Below, one piece after another: positions 38,556 through 51,505 of a stretch of DNA of 64,000 nt; position 1 is the first letter of the stretch, and each line of letters begins with the position of its first letter. The notes under the pieces were generated by a model. The model saw only the letters and a program-made list of their open reading frames with translations, did no database searches and was not told where the DNA came from. The stretch comes from Eledone cirrhosa (Eukaryota). A program made the translations under genes and the position numbers. The DNA lies in contig OZ024758.1 of assembly GCA_964016885.1 (NCBI GenBank), positions 14,446,001-14,510,000 of the forward strand, read 5' to 3'.

Positions 38556-38762
38556 ATAATAATAATAATGATAATATAGTATTGCAGCAATAAAGGTTGA
38601 AAAGTTCTAGATTCAGAAGGATCTGGAAATAAGAATGTTGAAGAAGCAATAAAGCCTATAAATAATTAGGATCTTGGGTGTGGTAAAACAAGGAATGCTG
38701 TAAATATTTGACAGTAAAAGAATTCCCAATGTAAACTTTGTATATTCTGGGAAAGATCTTTC

Positions 38763-38809
<47 letters not shown>

Positions 38810-39075
38810 AGGGTTCAATCGGAGATAGTCGCAGTAAGTAAGGTACTTGATACATAGTAGCATACATACAATATTTAATACAAAAATGGCTTCTACAAGA
38901 CTAGAACTGTTTCACTGGTGTTAGGAAGGGCATCCAGCTGTAGAAATCAAGCCAAATCAGTTCCTGTATGAGCAAGGCATGGTCAGCCGACCAGACACTG
39001 CCCACAACAGGACAACCCGTCTAACCCATGCTAGCGTGGAAGAACAGATGTAAAATGGTGATGATGATGATGATG

Positions 39076-39127
<52 letters not shown>

Positions 39128-40232
39128 CACATATCATCAGTTCTGTATGACCGAGACAAGGTCACCCGACCAATCTTGCCTCAAATGGGACAAACCCATC
39201 CAACCCATGCTAGCATGGAAGATGGACGTTAAACGATGATGATGTTCATCATCATCATCATCACCACCACCACTACTATCCCCACCACCACCATTATCAC
39301 TACAATCAACACCACTACTATCACCACCACCATGATCATCATCATCACCATCACCATCATTATCACTTCAATCACCACCACCACCACCACTACCATGATC
39401 ATCACCCTCATCATCATCACCACCACTAACACCATCATCACCACCACCACCACTACCATTATCACTACCATCACCACCATGATCATCATCACCAACACCA
39501 CCACTACCATTATCACTACAATCACCACCACTATCACCATCATCATCATCACCACTACCATTATCACTACAATCACCACCACCACCACCACCACCATCAT
39601 CATCATTTTATATTCATCTTGTTTTTCCCTAAAATCTGTCATAAACTGGACCATTACAAGGGAGAACTATATTTATACATGTGTTTAGCGGTTTGTTACA
39701 AAATGGAGTTTCAAATTTCCCCTGGCAAACTATTATAGGCCAACATTAAACAATAGGTTCTTACTTATTAATTATACAACATTTAACTTCATAAGGGAGA
39801 TCAAAGTATCTCTAAATCTTTACAGAATAGAGTCGGCCAAGGGGAGAGGAGGGGAGAGGGGGGCGTTAGGCGGGGTTGGGTTTGTTTTGTTTGTTTTTGA
39901 GTTTGGATTTTTAAAATAAATATGAAGAGTTTAAAATATCATTTCCTTTCAAGTTTTGTTGTTGTTGTTGTGCTATTGTTTGTTGTTGTAGCAACAGCTG
40001 TGTTGGTTTTAGTGTGTTATTATTGTTTTTCTTTTTGTTACAGTAGTTGTTTTTGTTGCTGTTTAAAAAAAATAATGAAATTTATTGTGTACAGTGCTCA
40101 GGTGCACTACTACTCATCAAAGGTGCATGTATAGTACATAGAATAATGTAAAAATGTCAAGAAAGTGAACAGTGTATAGGTCATGATATACATACAGATA
40201 CACACACACGTATGTATGTATGTATGTATGTA

Positions 40233-40808
40233 CTACTGGTAACATGTCTCATGGTCGGGTCGTTGGTGACTAAACTGGCAACCCCACCAAGGTTTCTTGG
40301 TGAGGAGGGTGACTTTGGACATCCTGCAGGACTAAAAACAAAACCTGTCAAAGGGCAAAGGAGCTCTTAAGAGTCAATGGCCATCCAAAATCACCGGAAG
40401 AGATGACCCCTTAGCTTTTGTCAAGGCAGAATTCTAGGAGAAGGAAAACTCTGATATAACACCTGCAACCCTGATGGTATCCAATGATGTTGACTTGTTG
40501 TTCTTTTTGATAAATATCATCTTGGTTAAGAGAGTGGGACTGGCTTTGTGCAGTGCCTTTGCTCACTATAAAAGCTTCACGGCACAGGCATTGCTTTATA
40601 TCTGGAGATCTCTCTGTACTTGTCGTCACATGGTACCATGGGCCCAGCACTATGTGTCAATAATTGTCACAAGTGTAGTGTTTGTACCAGAGTTTTCAAG
40701 TCGCACTGGCTGGACTAAAAAGTCACATTCGTTCAGCCCATCGGTAGGGGTTCTCCTACATGGATATAAAGTAGTGGCCGTACTCGAAAACGAGTTGGCA
40801 GCCACCAT
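40233..40808 (+). mobile_element. non-coding about 600-bp retro-element, copy 1, followed by (ATGT)n 40808-40942
   Basis: near-identical to 44381-44991; carries the RTE 5' UTR-like motif ctaggagaaggaaaactctgat. Confidence 0.7.
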
Positions 40809-40943
40809 GTATGTATGTATGTATGTATGTATGTATGTATGTATGTATGTATGTATGTATGTATGTATGTATGTATGTATGTATGTATGTATGTATGTAT
40901 GTATGTATGTATGTATGTATGTATGTATGTATGTATGTATGTA

Positions 40944-41350
40944 GAGAGATGACCCCTTAGCCTTTGTCAAGGCAGAATTCTAGGAGAAGGAAAACTCTGA
41001 TATAACACCTGCAACCCTGATGGTATCCAATGATGTTGACTTGTTCTTCTTTTTGGTAAATATCATCTTGGTTAAGAGAGTGGGACTGGCTTTGTGCAGT
41101 GCCTTTGCTCACTATAAAAGCTTCACGGCACAGGCATTGCTTTATATCTGGAGATCTCTCTGCACTTGTCCTCACATGGTACCATGGGCCCAGCACTATG
41201 TGTCAATAATTGTCACAAGTGTAGTGTTTGTACCAGAGGTTTCAAGTCGCTGGCTGGACAAAAAGTCACACTTGTTCAGCGCTTCGGTAGGGGTTCTCCT
41301 ACATGGATATAAAGTAGTGGCCGTACTCGAAAACGAGTTGGCAGCCACCA
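40944..41350 (+). mobile_element. same element, copy 2, 5'-truncated
   Basis: starts at agagatgacccc and shares the 3' end ...cgagttggcagccaccat. Confidence 0.7.
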
Positions 41351-41719
41351 TATATATATATATATATGTGTATGTATAAATATATGTGTATATATGCATG
41401 TGTGTATATATGTGTATGTATATATGTGTATATATGTATATATATATATATATGTATATGTATGTATGTATATGTATGTGTATGTGTGTGTATGTATATG
41501 TATATATATATGTATGTATATATATGTGTGTATATATATGTATGTATATATATATGTGTGTATATGTATATATGCATGTATATATATATGTATGTATATA
41601 TATATATGTGTGTATATATGTGTGTATATATATATGTATATATATATATGTATATATATATGTATATATATATATATGTATATATATATGTATATGTATA
41701 TGTATATATATATGTATAT

Positions 41720-41765
<46 letters not shown>

Positions 41766-42248
41766 GTATATATATGTGTGTATATGTATGTGTATGTATA
41801 TATATATGTATGTATATATATATGTATATATATGTATGTATGTATATATATATATATGTATATGTATATATATGTATGTGTATACATGTGTATATATATG
41901 TATATGTATATATGTGTATGTATATGTATGTATATATATGTATATATATGTATACATGTGTGTATATATATATGTGTATACATATGTATATGTATACGTG
42001 TGTATATATATATATGTGTATATGTGTGTATGTATATGTATATATATATATGTATATATATATGTATATATATATGTATATATATGTGTATATATATGTA
42101 TATATATGTGTATATATATATGTATGTGTATATATATGTGTGTATATATGTGTGTATATATGTATGTATGTGTATATATGTATGTATGTATATGTATATA
42201 TATATATGTATGTATGTATGTATATGTGTATGTGTATATATATATATG

Positions 42249-42279
<31 letters not shown>

Positions 42280-42430
42280 GTATATATATATGTATATGTA
42301 TGTATATATGTGTATGTATGTGTGTGTATATGTGTATATATATATATGTATGTATATATATATATATATATATGTATATGTATATATATGTATGTGTGTG
42401 TATATATATATGTATATATATGTATGTGTG

Positions 42431-42465
<35 letters not shown>

Positions 42466-42588
42466 GTATATATATATATGTATATATATATATGTATATA
42501 TATGTATGTATATATATGTATATGTGTATATATATATGTATATATATGTATATATATATATATGTGTATATATGTGTGTATATATGTA

Positions 42589-42621
<33 letters not shown>

Positions 42622-42690
42622 ATATATATGTATATATATATGTATATATATATTTATATATATGTATATATTTATATATATGTATATATT

Positions 42691-42757
<67 letters not shown>

Positions 42758-43335
42758 TTATATATATATATATTTATATATTTATATATTTGTGTATACA
42801 TATATTTATATATATATATATTTATATATATTTATATATATATATTATATATATATATATCTATATATATATCTATATATATCTATATATATCTATATAT
42901 ATATATATTTATATATGTTTATGTATATCTATATATATATATGTTTATGTATATCTGTGTATATCTATATATATATATATATTTATATATATCTATATAT
43001 CTATATATATGTGTATGTATGCATGTGTATATATGTATATCTATGTGTATATATATATTTATGTATATATATATATCTATATATGTATATGTGTGCATAT
43101 ATATATATGTATGTACATATATATATGTATGTATATGTATATATGTATATATATGTGTATATATATATATATGTATATATGTATATATATATATATATGT
43201 ATATATATGCATATATATATATGTATATACATATATATATGTATATACATATATATATGTATATGCATATATATATATATATATATGTATATATGTGTGT
43301 GTATATATGTATATATGTGTATGTGTATATATATA

Positions 43336-43368
<33 letters not shown>
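41350..43368. repeat. about 2-kb degenerate (TA)/(TATG) microsatellite
   Basis: direct reading. Confidence 0.95.
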
Positions 43369-43372
<4 letters not shown>

Positions 43373-44081
43373 ATACTTTGGGAGGGTCATGTTGCCAATG
43401 GGGGGCACACGCACCACATGCTTTCACTTCAATTTGTTGTAGATTGGATTTATGGATTTGGGAATTTACAGATTTCCGGTTGGTTGGTTGGTTCCACAAC
43501 CGGACGATTGTTCATATGTTGTCGAGGTTCTTTCGTCACACATTCTGTGACCTCTTCAGTGACTGGTCATTCTTTTCTTTGTTTTTGTGCCTCTCCTTTG
43601 TTCTGTCCTACGCCATCTTGTTTTTGAGTGTGTTGTGTGCCTAGTTTGCGCATGTTACATCCGGGTGTCTGTGTGTGTTTATATTTGTTTATTTATTTAT
43701 TTGTTTATTTACATGTTACTGGTTGCTTGTTTGTTCTATGTGTGTGTGTGTGTTTTCATGTCCTTAATTGTAAGTTGTGATGTTGCTATTCCATTCATGC
43801 TTTGTATTTAATTTTGGTTGGAGTTCATATATGTTTATTGCCTCTGTGATTTGTCTAAACATTGCGTCTTTTCTGTGTGTAGATTCTATTTTTATTTCTA
43901 TGTTCTTTAATGTGTGACGGGAGAACTTTGACAATATATGAGCGATCGTCCGGTTGTGGAACCAACCAACCTGAAAATTTGTGAATTCCTAAATTTATGA
44001 ATTTGATTTGTAGTGGATTGAGGTGGGGGCAGCTGGTGCGTGTGTTTCTTGTTGGCAGCATGGCCCTCCCAGGGTGTAACA
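43369..44081. mobile_element. non-autonomous DNA element with about 175-bp imperfect TIRs, TGT...ACA ends and ATAT flanks (Ginger-like)
   Basis: 43369-43544 is the reverse complement of 43909-44081 (e.g. ggttggttggttccacaaccggacgat). Confidence 0.7.
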
Positions 44082-44380
44082 ATATCGGTTTCAACACACG
44101 TTTTCAGATAAAGAATCTTGCTAAACAAATTCAGAAACGAAATATATATATATATATATATGCATACATATATATGTATATATATGTGTATGTATATGTA
44201 TATGTACATATATATGTGTATATATGTGTGTGTGTATATATATCTATATATATCTGTATATATACATATATATACATATATATATATATGTATATATGTA
44301 TGTGTATGTATGTATGTATGTATATATGTATATGTGTGTGTGTGTGTGTGTGTATGTGTGTATATATGTATATGTGTATG

Positions 44381-44991
44381 TCAGGTCACCAGTTGGTGCT
44401 ACTGGTAACATGTATCCCAGTACAACCTGTCTCATGGTCGGGTCGTTGGCGACTAAACTGGCAACCCCACCAAGGTTTCTTGGTGAGGAGGGTGACTTTG
44501 GACATCCTGCAGGACTAAAAACAAAACCTGTCAAAGGGCAAAGGAGCTCTTAAGAGTCAATGGCCATCCAAAATCACCGGAAGAGATGACCCCTTAGCTT
44601 TTGTCAAGGCAGAATTCTAGGAGAAGGAAAACTCTGATATAACACCTGCAACCCTGATGGTATCCAATGATGTTGACTTGTTCTTCTTTTTGGTAAATAT
44701 CATCTTGGTTAAGAGAGTGGGACTGGCTTTGTGCAGTGCCTTTGCTCACTATAAAAGCTTCACGGCACAGGCATTGCTTTGTATCTGGAGATCTCTCTGC
44801 ACTTGTCGTCACATGGTACCATGGGCCCAGCACTATGTGTCAATAATTGTCACAAGTGTAGTGTTTGTACCAGAGTTTTCAAGCCGCACTGGCTGGACTA
44901 AAAAGTCACATTCGTTCAGCCCATCGGTAGGGGTTCTCCTACATGGATATAAAGTAGTGGCCGTACTCGAAAACGAGTTGGCAGCCACCAT
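44381..44991 (+). mobile_element. same non-coding retro-element, copy 3, longest
   Basis: hairpin-rich 5' end, 3' stem-loop actcg-aaaa-cgagt, followed by (ATGT)n. Confidence 0.7.
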
Positions 44992-45524
44992 GTATGTATG
45001 TATGTATGTATGTATGTATGTATGTATGTATGTATGTATGTATGTATGTATGTATGTATGTATGTATGTATGTATGTATGTATGTATGTATGTATGTATG
45101 TATGTATGTATGTATGTATGTATGTATGTATGTATGTATGTATGTATGTATGTATGTATGTATGTATGTATGTATGTATGTATGTATGTATGTATGTATG
45201 TATGTATGTATGTATGTATGTATGTATGTATGTATGTATGTATGTATGTATGTATGTATGTATGTATGTATGTATGTATGTATGTATGTATGTATGTATG
45301 TATGTATGTATGTATGTATGTATGTATGTATGTATGTATGTATGTATGTATGTATGTATGTATGTATGTATGTATGTATGTATGTATGTATGTATGTATG
45401 TATGTATGTATGTATGTATGTATGTATGTATGTATGTATGTATGTATGTATGTATGTATGTATGTATGTATGTATGTATGTATGTATGTATGTATGTATG
45501 TATGTATGTATGTATGTATGTATG

Positions 45525-45554
<30 letters not shown>
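44990..45554. repeat. perfect (ATGT)n, about 140 units
   Basis: direct reading. Confidence 0.97.
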
Positions 45555-45556
<2 letters not shown>

Positions 45557-45631
45557 CAGAAATAACAACACAATCGGTACAGTATATGGAAGGAATATAT
45601 TAGGTTAACACTTGAAGTAGCAGGAAGAGGG

Positions 45632-45667
45632 TCTTAATGTTTCAGACACTAGTCCTTCATCAGAAGG
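45632..45667 (-). ncRNA. degenerate minimal hammerhead ribozyme, copy 2
   Basis: minus strand CCUU-CUGAUGA-A-GGAC(UAGU)GUCU-GAAA-CAUU-AAG. Confidence 0.6.
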
Positions 45668-45900
45668 AAGAATGAGAAATTAGATAGATTGAGAGGACGA
45701 GCAGGTTGGAATTGGAAAAAATCTCTTTAGATAAAAATAACAGGTCCATTCATGTTGACATATAATATACAATGGAAATTATTGTGTACAGTGCTCAGGT
45801 GCACTACAACTCATCAAAGGTGCATGTATAGTACATAGAATAATGTACAAACGTCAGGAAAGTGCACGGTGTATGAGTCATGATATACACATAGATACAT

Positions 45901-46250
45901 GGAGGCACATGGCTTAGTGGTTAGAGCATTGGCCTTGCAATCGAAAGGTTGTGAGTTCAATTCTCAGACCGGGTGATGTGTTGTTGCCTTGAGCAAGACA
46001 CTTTATTTCACGTTGCTCCAGTTTACTCAGCTGTAGAAATGAGATGATAGGGACTGGGGTCCATATCATTCCACTGCAAAGTGGTCGTGGAGGTGCCACG
46101 GCAAAAAGCAACCAGCACTCACTGTAAATGAGGTTGGTGTTAGGAAGGGCATCCAGCTGTAGAAATCAAGCCAGAATCAGTTCCCGTCCCACCCTTGCAA
46201 GCAGGGAAAAGCAGACGTAAAATGAAATGATGATGATGATGATGATGATG
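45901..46250 (+). mobile_element. tRNA-derived CORE-SINE with RTE-type 3' tail (other copies about 22452-22580, 50817-51095, 58490-58592 minus, 62258-62400)
   Basis: A box tggcttagtggttag, B box gagttcaattc, CORE-like ccttgagcaagacacttt...cagtttactcagctgtagaaatg, RTE-like 3' UTR and (GAT)n. Confidence 0.8.
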
Positions 46251-47261
46251 TCTATGTATGGAGGGGGAAGATCAGGTGTAATGTTGGTGAATTTCAGGTA
46301 GCATGGAAGTTTTGAAGGATGCAGTGTCCCGACAGCTAACTTCCAAACACCAATATAGATGATGTGAAAGTTAGTTCCATTACTAAATTTCACCAAATTT
46401 TTAATGTGTTAAGTCCTTGAGCAAGACACTTTATTTCGCGTTGCTCTTTCTGCCAGAAGTTGCAGCTGGTAGATAATACCAGCAATGGAAAGACCAATGG
46501 AAACATTGTTTCCTTGGTCCAATCTGACAAATTCGACCCCCGCTTGGTAGGTGAACGAGGTCTGGGATCTTTTCAATCGATTTAAGAAAGAAGAAGAATG
46601 GTTACTCAGTACGTTCGTTTTTCAAGATGGTAAACAGTGTGATTTTAGAGAGGTTTGGCTGCTATTTTTACCATTTCAAGTGACTACATAGAGGCTTTCT
46701 CGTTGAATGTGGCGATGACAGTTTTAATAATGGTTTCTACACTAGGCACAAGGCCAGCAATTTTTTTTTTTTGGGGGGGGGGGGGGGGCGATTAAATCGA
46801 CACTAGTGCATTACTGGTACTTTATTTTATCGACTCCATAAGGGTGACAGGTAAGGCTAACCTCGGGATTTGAACTCAGAATGTAAAGGGCCGTAACTCT
46901 ACGCCGCTAAGCATGTTGTCTGACGCTCTACCGATTCTGTCAATCTACAATGATACATTATTGCCCAGGGTAGCTTTCATTGAGCTAACCTATGATCATT
47001 TCATCTTTTTGTAGGCACAGTCTATCTAGGAGTACATTATTCAAAGTGTGCTTCCTATTATTAGTTAAAAGGTTGTGAGTGAAGGCTCTACTGGAGACTC
47101 TTGTCTCATTATCTTTATAGTTGTTGTTGTTGAAGTGGTAATGGTGTTGTTGGGATGGTGGTGATGGTGGTGATGTGTGGTGGTAGGCAGGAGAGGGGGG
47201 GGGGGTTACGGTAAGTTTTGGTAATGTTGTAATGAGGGGAGGGGTGCATTGTCTACAGGGT

Positions 47262-48690
47262 GTGTGGCAGTAGTAGTAAAGGTGGTGGTGGTGGTGGTAG
47301 TATTGGTGGTTGTGGTGGTGGTAGAGGTGGTAGTAGTGGTTGTGGTGGCTGTGGTGGTAGTAGTAAAGGTAGTGGTGGTGGTAGTAGTAAAGGTGGTTGT
47401 GGTGGTGGTAGTAGTAAAGGTGGTTGTGGTGGTGATGGTAGTAGTAGAGATGGTGGTGGATGTGGTGGCTATGGTAGTGGTAGTAGAGATGGTGGTGGTG
47501 GTGATGGCTGTGGTGGTGGTGGTGGTGGTGATGGCTGTGGTGGTGGCAGTGGTAGTAGTAGTAAAGGTGGTGGTGGTGGTAGTATTGGTGGTTGTGGTGG
47601 TGATGGTAGTAGTAGAGATGGTGGTGGATGTGGTGGCTATGGTAGTGGTAGTAGAGATGGTGGTGGTGGTGATGGCTGTGGTGGTGGTGGTGGTGGTGAT
47701 GGCTGTGGTGGTGGTGGTGGTGGTGGTGATGGCTGTGGTGGTGGCAGTGGTAGTAGTAGTAAAGGTGGTGGTGGTGGTAGTATTGGTGGTTGTGGTGGTG
47801 ATGGTAGTAGTAGAGATGGTGGTGGATGTGGTGGCTATGGTAGTGGTAGTAGAGATGGTGGTGGTGGTGATGGTGGTAGTAGTAAAGGTGGTGGTGGTGG
47901 TGGTAGTATTGGTGGTTGTGGTGGTGATGGTAGTAGTAGAGATGGTGGTGGATGTGATGGCTATGGTAGTGGTAGTAGAGATGGTGGTGGTGGTGATGGC
48001 TGTGGTGGTGGTGGTGGCAGTGGTGGTAGTAGTAAAGGTGGCGGTGGTGGTAGTATTGGTGGTTGTGGTGGTGATGGTAGTAGTAGAGATGGTGGTGGAT
48101 GTGATGGCTATGGTAGTGATAGTAGAGATGGTGGTGGTGGTGATGGTGGTAGTAGTAAAGGTGGTGGTGGTGGTGGTAGTATTGGTGGTTGTGGTGGTGA
48201 TGGTAGTAGTAGAGATGGTGGTGGATGTGATGGCTATGGTAGTGGTAGTAGAGATGGTGGTGGTGGTGATGGCTGTGGTGGTGGTGGTGGCAGTGGTGGT
48301 AGTAGTAAAGGTGGCGGTGGTGGTAGTATTGGTGGTTGTGGTGGTGATGGTAGTAGTAGAGATGGTGGTGGATGTGGTGGCTATGGTAGTGGTAGTAGAG
48401 ATGGTGGTGGTGGTGATGGTGGTAGTAGTAAAGGTGGTGGTGGTGGTGGTAGTATTGGTGGTTGTGGTGGTGATGGTAGTAGTAGAGATGGTGGTGGATG
48501 TGATGGCTATGGTAGTGGTAGTAGAGATGGTGGTGGTGGTGATGGCTGTGGTGGTGGTGATGGCTGTGGTGGTGGTGGTGGCAGTGGTGGTAGTGGTAGT
48601 ATTGGTGGTTGTGGTGGTGATGGTAGTAGTAGAGATGGTGGTGGTGGTGGTAGTAGTGGTAGTAGAGATGGTGGTGGTGGTGGTGGTAAT
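47262..48690. repeat. (GGT/AGT)-based compound repeat with higher-order units
   Basis: direct reading. Confidence 0.9.
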
Positions 48691-48804
48691 GTAGTACTGA
48701 GGTGTTGGTGTGTTTGTGAGTGTATTGTATTGAGAAGGAAATATACAGCTAAAGCTGGTAAGGGTGGTGTCTTGAAAGTTGGTATTGTGAGAGGGGCAGG
48801 AGCG

Positions 48805-49195
48805 GTGTGGGTGAGTTTATATTGGATGGGGTGGGGGTAAGGAGTGGTGTGGGTGAGTTTATATTGGATGGGGTGGGGGTAAGGAGTGGTGTGGGTGAGT
48901 TTATATTGGATGGGGTGGGGGTAAGGAGTGGTGTGGGTGAGTTTATATTGGATGGGGGGGGTAAGGAGTGGTGTGGGTGAGTTTATATTGGATGGGGGGG
49001 GGGTAAGGAGTGGTGTGGGTGAGTTTATATTGGATGGGTGGGGGTAAGGAGTGGTGTGGGTGAGTTTATATTGGATGGGTGGGGGTAAGGAGTGGTGTGG
49101 GTGAGTTTATATTGGATGGGTGGGGGTAAGGAGTGGTGTGGGTGAGTTTATACTGGGGAGGGGGGTAAGGAGTGGTGTGGGTGAGTTTATACTGG
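48805..49195. repeat. G-rich about 42-bp minisatellite, about 9 copies
   Basis: gtaaggagtggtgtgggtgagtttatattggatggggtgggg. Confidence 0.9.
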
Positions 49196-50531
49196 AGGTG
49201 GGGGATTAAATGTTACAGGAGGGGCAATTGGTAAATGGGAAAGATGAAAAGGTGAAATGCCTTCTTTCTTTCTTTCTTTCTTTCCTTTAATCAGGAAGAT
49301 AGATTTCCATTGGTAAATTGGTACAAGTCCTTGGCAATACCATCCAATGCCATCCCCACCATCAAATACCATTTAAACCATCCAACACCATCTATACCAC
49401 CACCACCACTATCAAGTACCTTCTCTACATCCAATGCCATCTCACCTTCCCCATCACTCAACACCATCCCAAACCATCCACTGCCAACAGCACCACCATC
49501 CCACACATTTAACACCATCTACCACCACCACCATCCTCACCATCCACCACCACCACCATCCCACCATCCTCACTATCCACCACCACCACCACCACCATCC
49601 TCACCATCCACCGCCACCACCACCACCATCCTCACCATCCACCACCACCACCATCCTCACTATCCACCACCACCATCCTCACTATCCACCACCACCACCA
49701 TCCTCACTATCCACCACCACCACCATCCTCACCATCCACCGCCACCACCATCCTCACCATCCACCACCACCACCATCCTCACCATCCACCACCATCCAGT
49801 ATTGGGGCTTATCTCATTCCATCTGGGGTGGAAAGGGGCTTGGTGTGATGGAGCACCCTTCAACTCTCATAACCTTACTGACTCTTGTGAATATTATTGT
49901 TGTTGTTGTTGTTGGTGACAGCAATGATGGTAATGGTGGTGTTGGGAGGAGGGGGTTAGTTTACCCTACTCCCCTTCTCCCACCTCACAGGTCAGCCCTG
50001 ACTAAGCAACTGTCCAGTCATCTTGTGGTCCAAGACACTCCATCCGTGACCATCCCATCTTATAGTGTAACTTAATTTATAGCAAGTGTATCCAGCAATT
50101 ACATCACCACCCAGTTGTCCTTCCTCCTCCTCACCTTTAAAACAGTTGCTACTGTGAGATCTAGGTGGGACATATGGCTGCTATTTCTAGTACAAACACA
50201 ACCACATAGAGGCCTCCTTTGCTGGTCATAGTGTAATTGGAACAAGTATTGAGAACAGAGTAGGGAGAGGGGGAGGGGTTAGTGTATCCTATTTTGTGGA
50301 CTTTATTGGACTGATACCCCCCCCCCCCCTTACACACATACACACACACATTCAAACAAGCACACATACATACATACAAACACACACACATATACACATA
50401 CAAACACAGATACACACATACAAACACACACACACACACAGATCTCAGCTAATCCTTCCACAACCAAACTTCCTTTGAACTCAGCTATTTTGCTTTATTG
50501 GGACTTATTTACATTGATGCACAAATTTTGC

Positions 50532-50567
<36 letters not shown>

Positions 50568-51094
50568 ATGTGTGTAATTATACATACTCACACACATCAT
50601 GTGTATAGAGCAAAAATACTTTAAAACATATGCAATGTTATATAGCTGTAGTATGCATGTGTGTGTGTGATGTTAGGAATAGCATCCAACTGTAGAAACA
50701 TTGCCAAAATTTGCAATCTGTGAGCAAGACATGATTCTCCAAAATGCCCAATCTTCATCGTGACAACCCATCCAACTTATGCCACTGTGGAAAGTGGATG
50801 TAAAATAATAATATGTGTTCAATTCTCAGACCGGGTGATGTGTTGTTTCCTTGAGCAAGACACTTTATTTCACATTGCTCCAGTTTACTCAGCTGTAGAA
50901 ATGAGATGATAGGGACTGGGGTCCCTAACATTCCACTGCAAAGTGGTCGTGGAGGTGCCACGGCAAAAAAGCACCCAGCACTCACTGTAAATGAGGTTGG
51001 TGTTAGGAAGGGCATCCAGCTGTAGAAATCAAGCTAGAATCAGTTCCTGTCTCACCCTTGCAAGCAGGGAAAAAGCGGACGTAAAATGATGATA

Positions 51095-51478
51095 TCATCA
51101 TCATCATCATTTTCCATCCGCTTTTCCCTGCTTGCAAGGGTTGGACGGGTCCTAATCAACACAGCATCTTTCCACTTGTCACGGTCCTTCGTCATCTCCT
51201 CCGTGAGCTTCAGCAATCTGGGGTCTGCTCTCACCACCTCCGCCCATGTTTTCCGTGGTCTTCCTCTACTGCGTCTTCCTTCTACTGGGATTTCTTGGCA
51301 CTTCTTTACACAGCGGTCATCCTCCATGCGCATTACACGTCTATACTGTCTCAGCAACTCATCTATGCTTGGTCATTGCACATTCAACGGAGCATGCTTG
51401 CTTCATTTCTCTCCAGCTGTCGCATATCCTCTTTAGTTGCTGCCTATGTCTCACTACCATGCAACATCACGCAGTGTG
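51095..51478 (-). mobile_element. RTE 3' fragment, tail-to-tail with the CORE-SINE at 50817-51095
   Basis: RVMRMEDDRCVKKC..GRPRKTW, (CAT)n. Confidence 0.8.
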
Positions 51479-51505
51479 AGTGTATGTCTGTGTAAGTGTG
51501 AGTAA

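Noticed and set aside
44460-44500. Twister ribozyme suggested by GAGGAGGG
   Set aside because: No UAA-P2 strand and no GUCCCAAGC-type P4 loop in register
41196-45608. ORFs of 200-750 aa rich in Y/I/M/C/V/H/T
   Set aside because: Translations of (TA)/(ATGT) microsatellites; the same applies to 9550-10264, 13027-13328, 18652-19192, 34757-35541 and 59148-59957
45901-45975. tRNA gene
   Set aside because: A/B boxes are present but continue into SINE core and tail in many diverged copies; no complete cloverleaf
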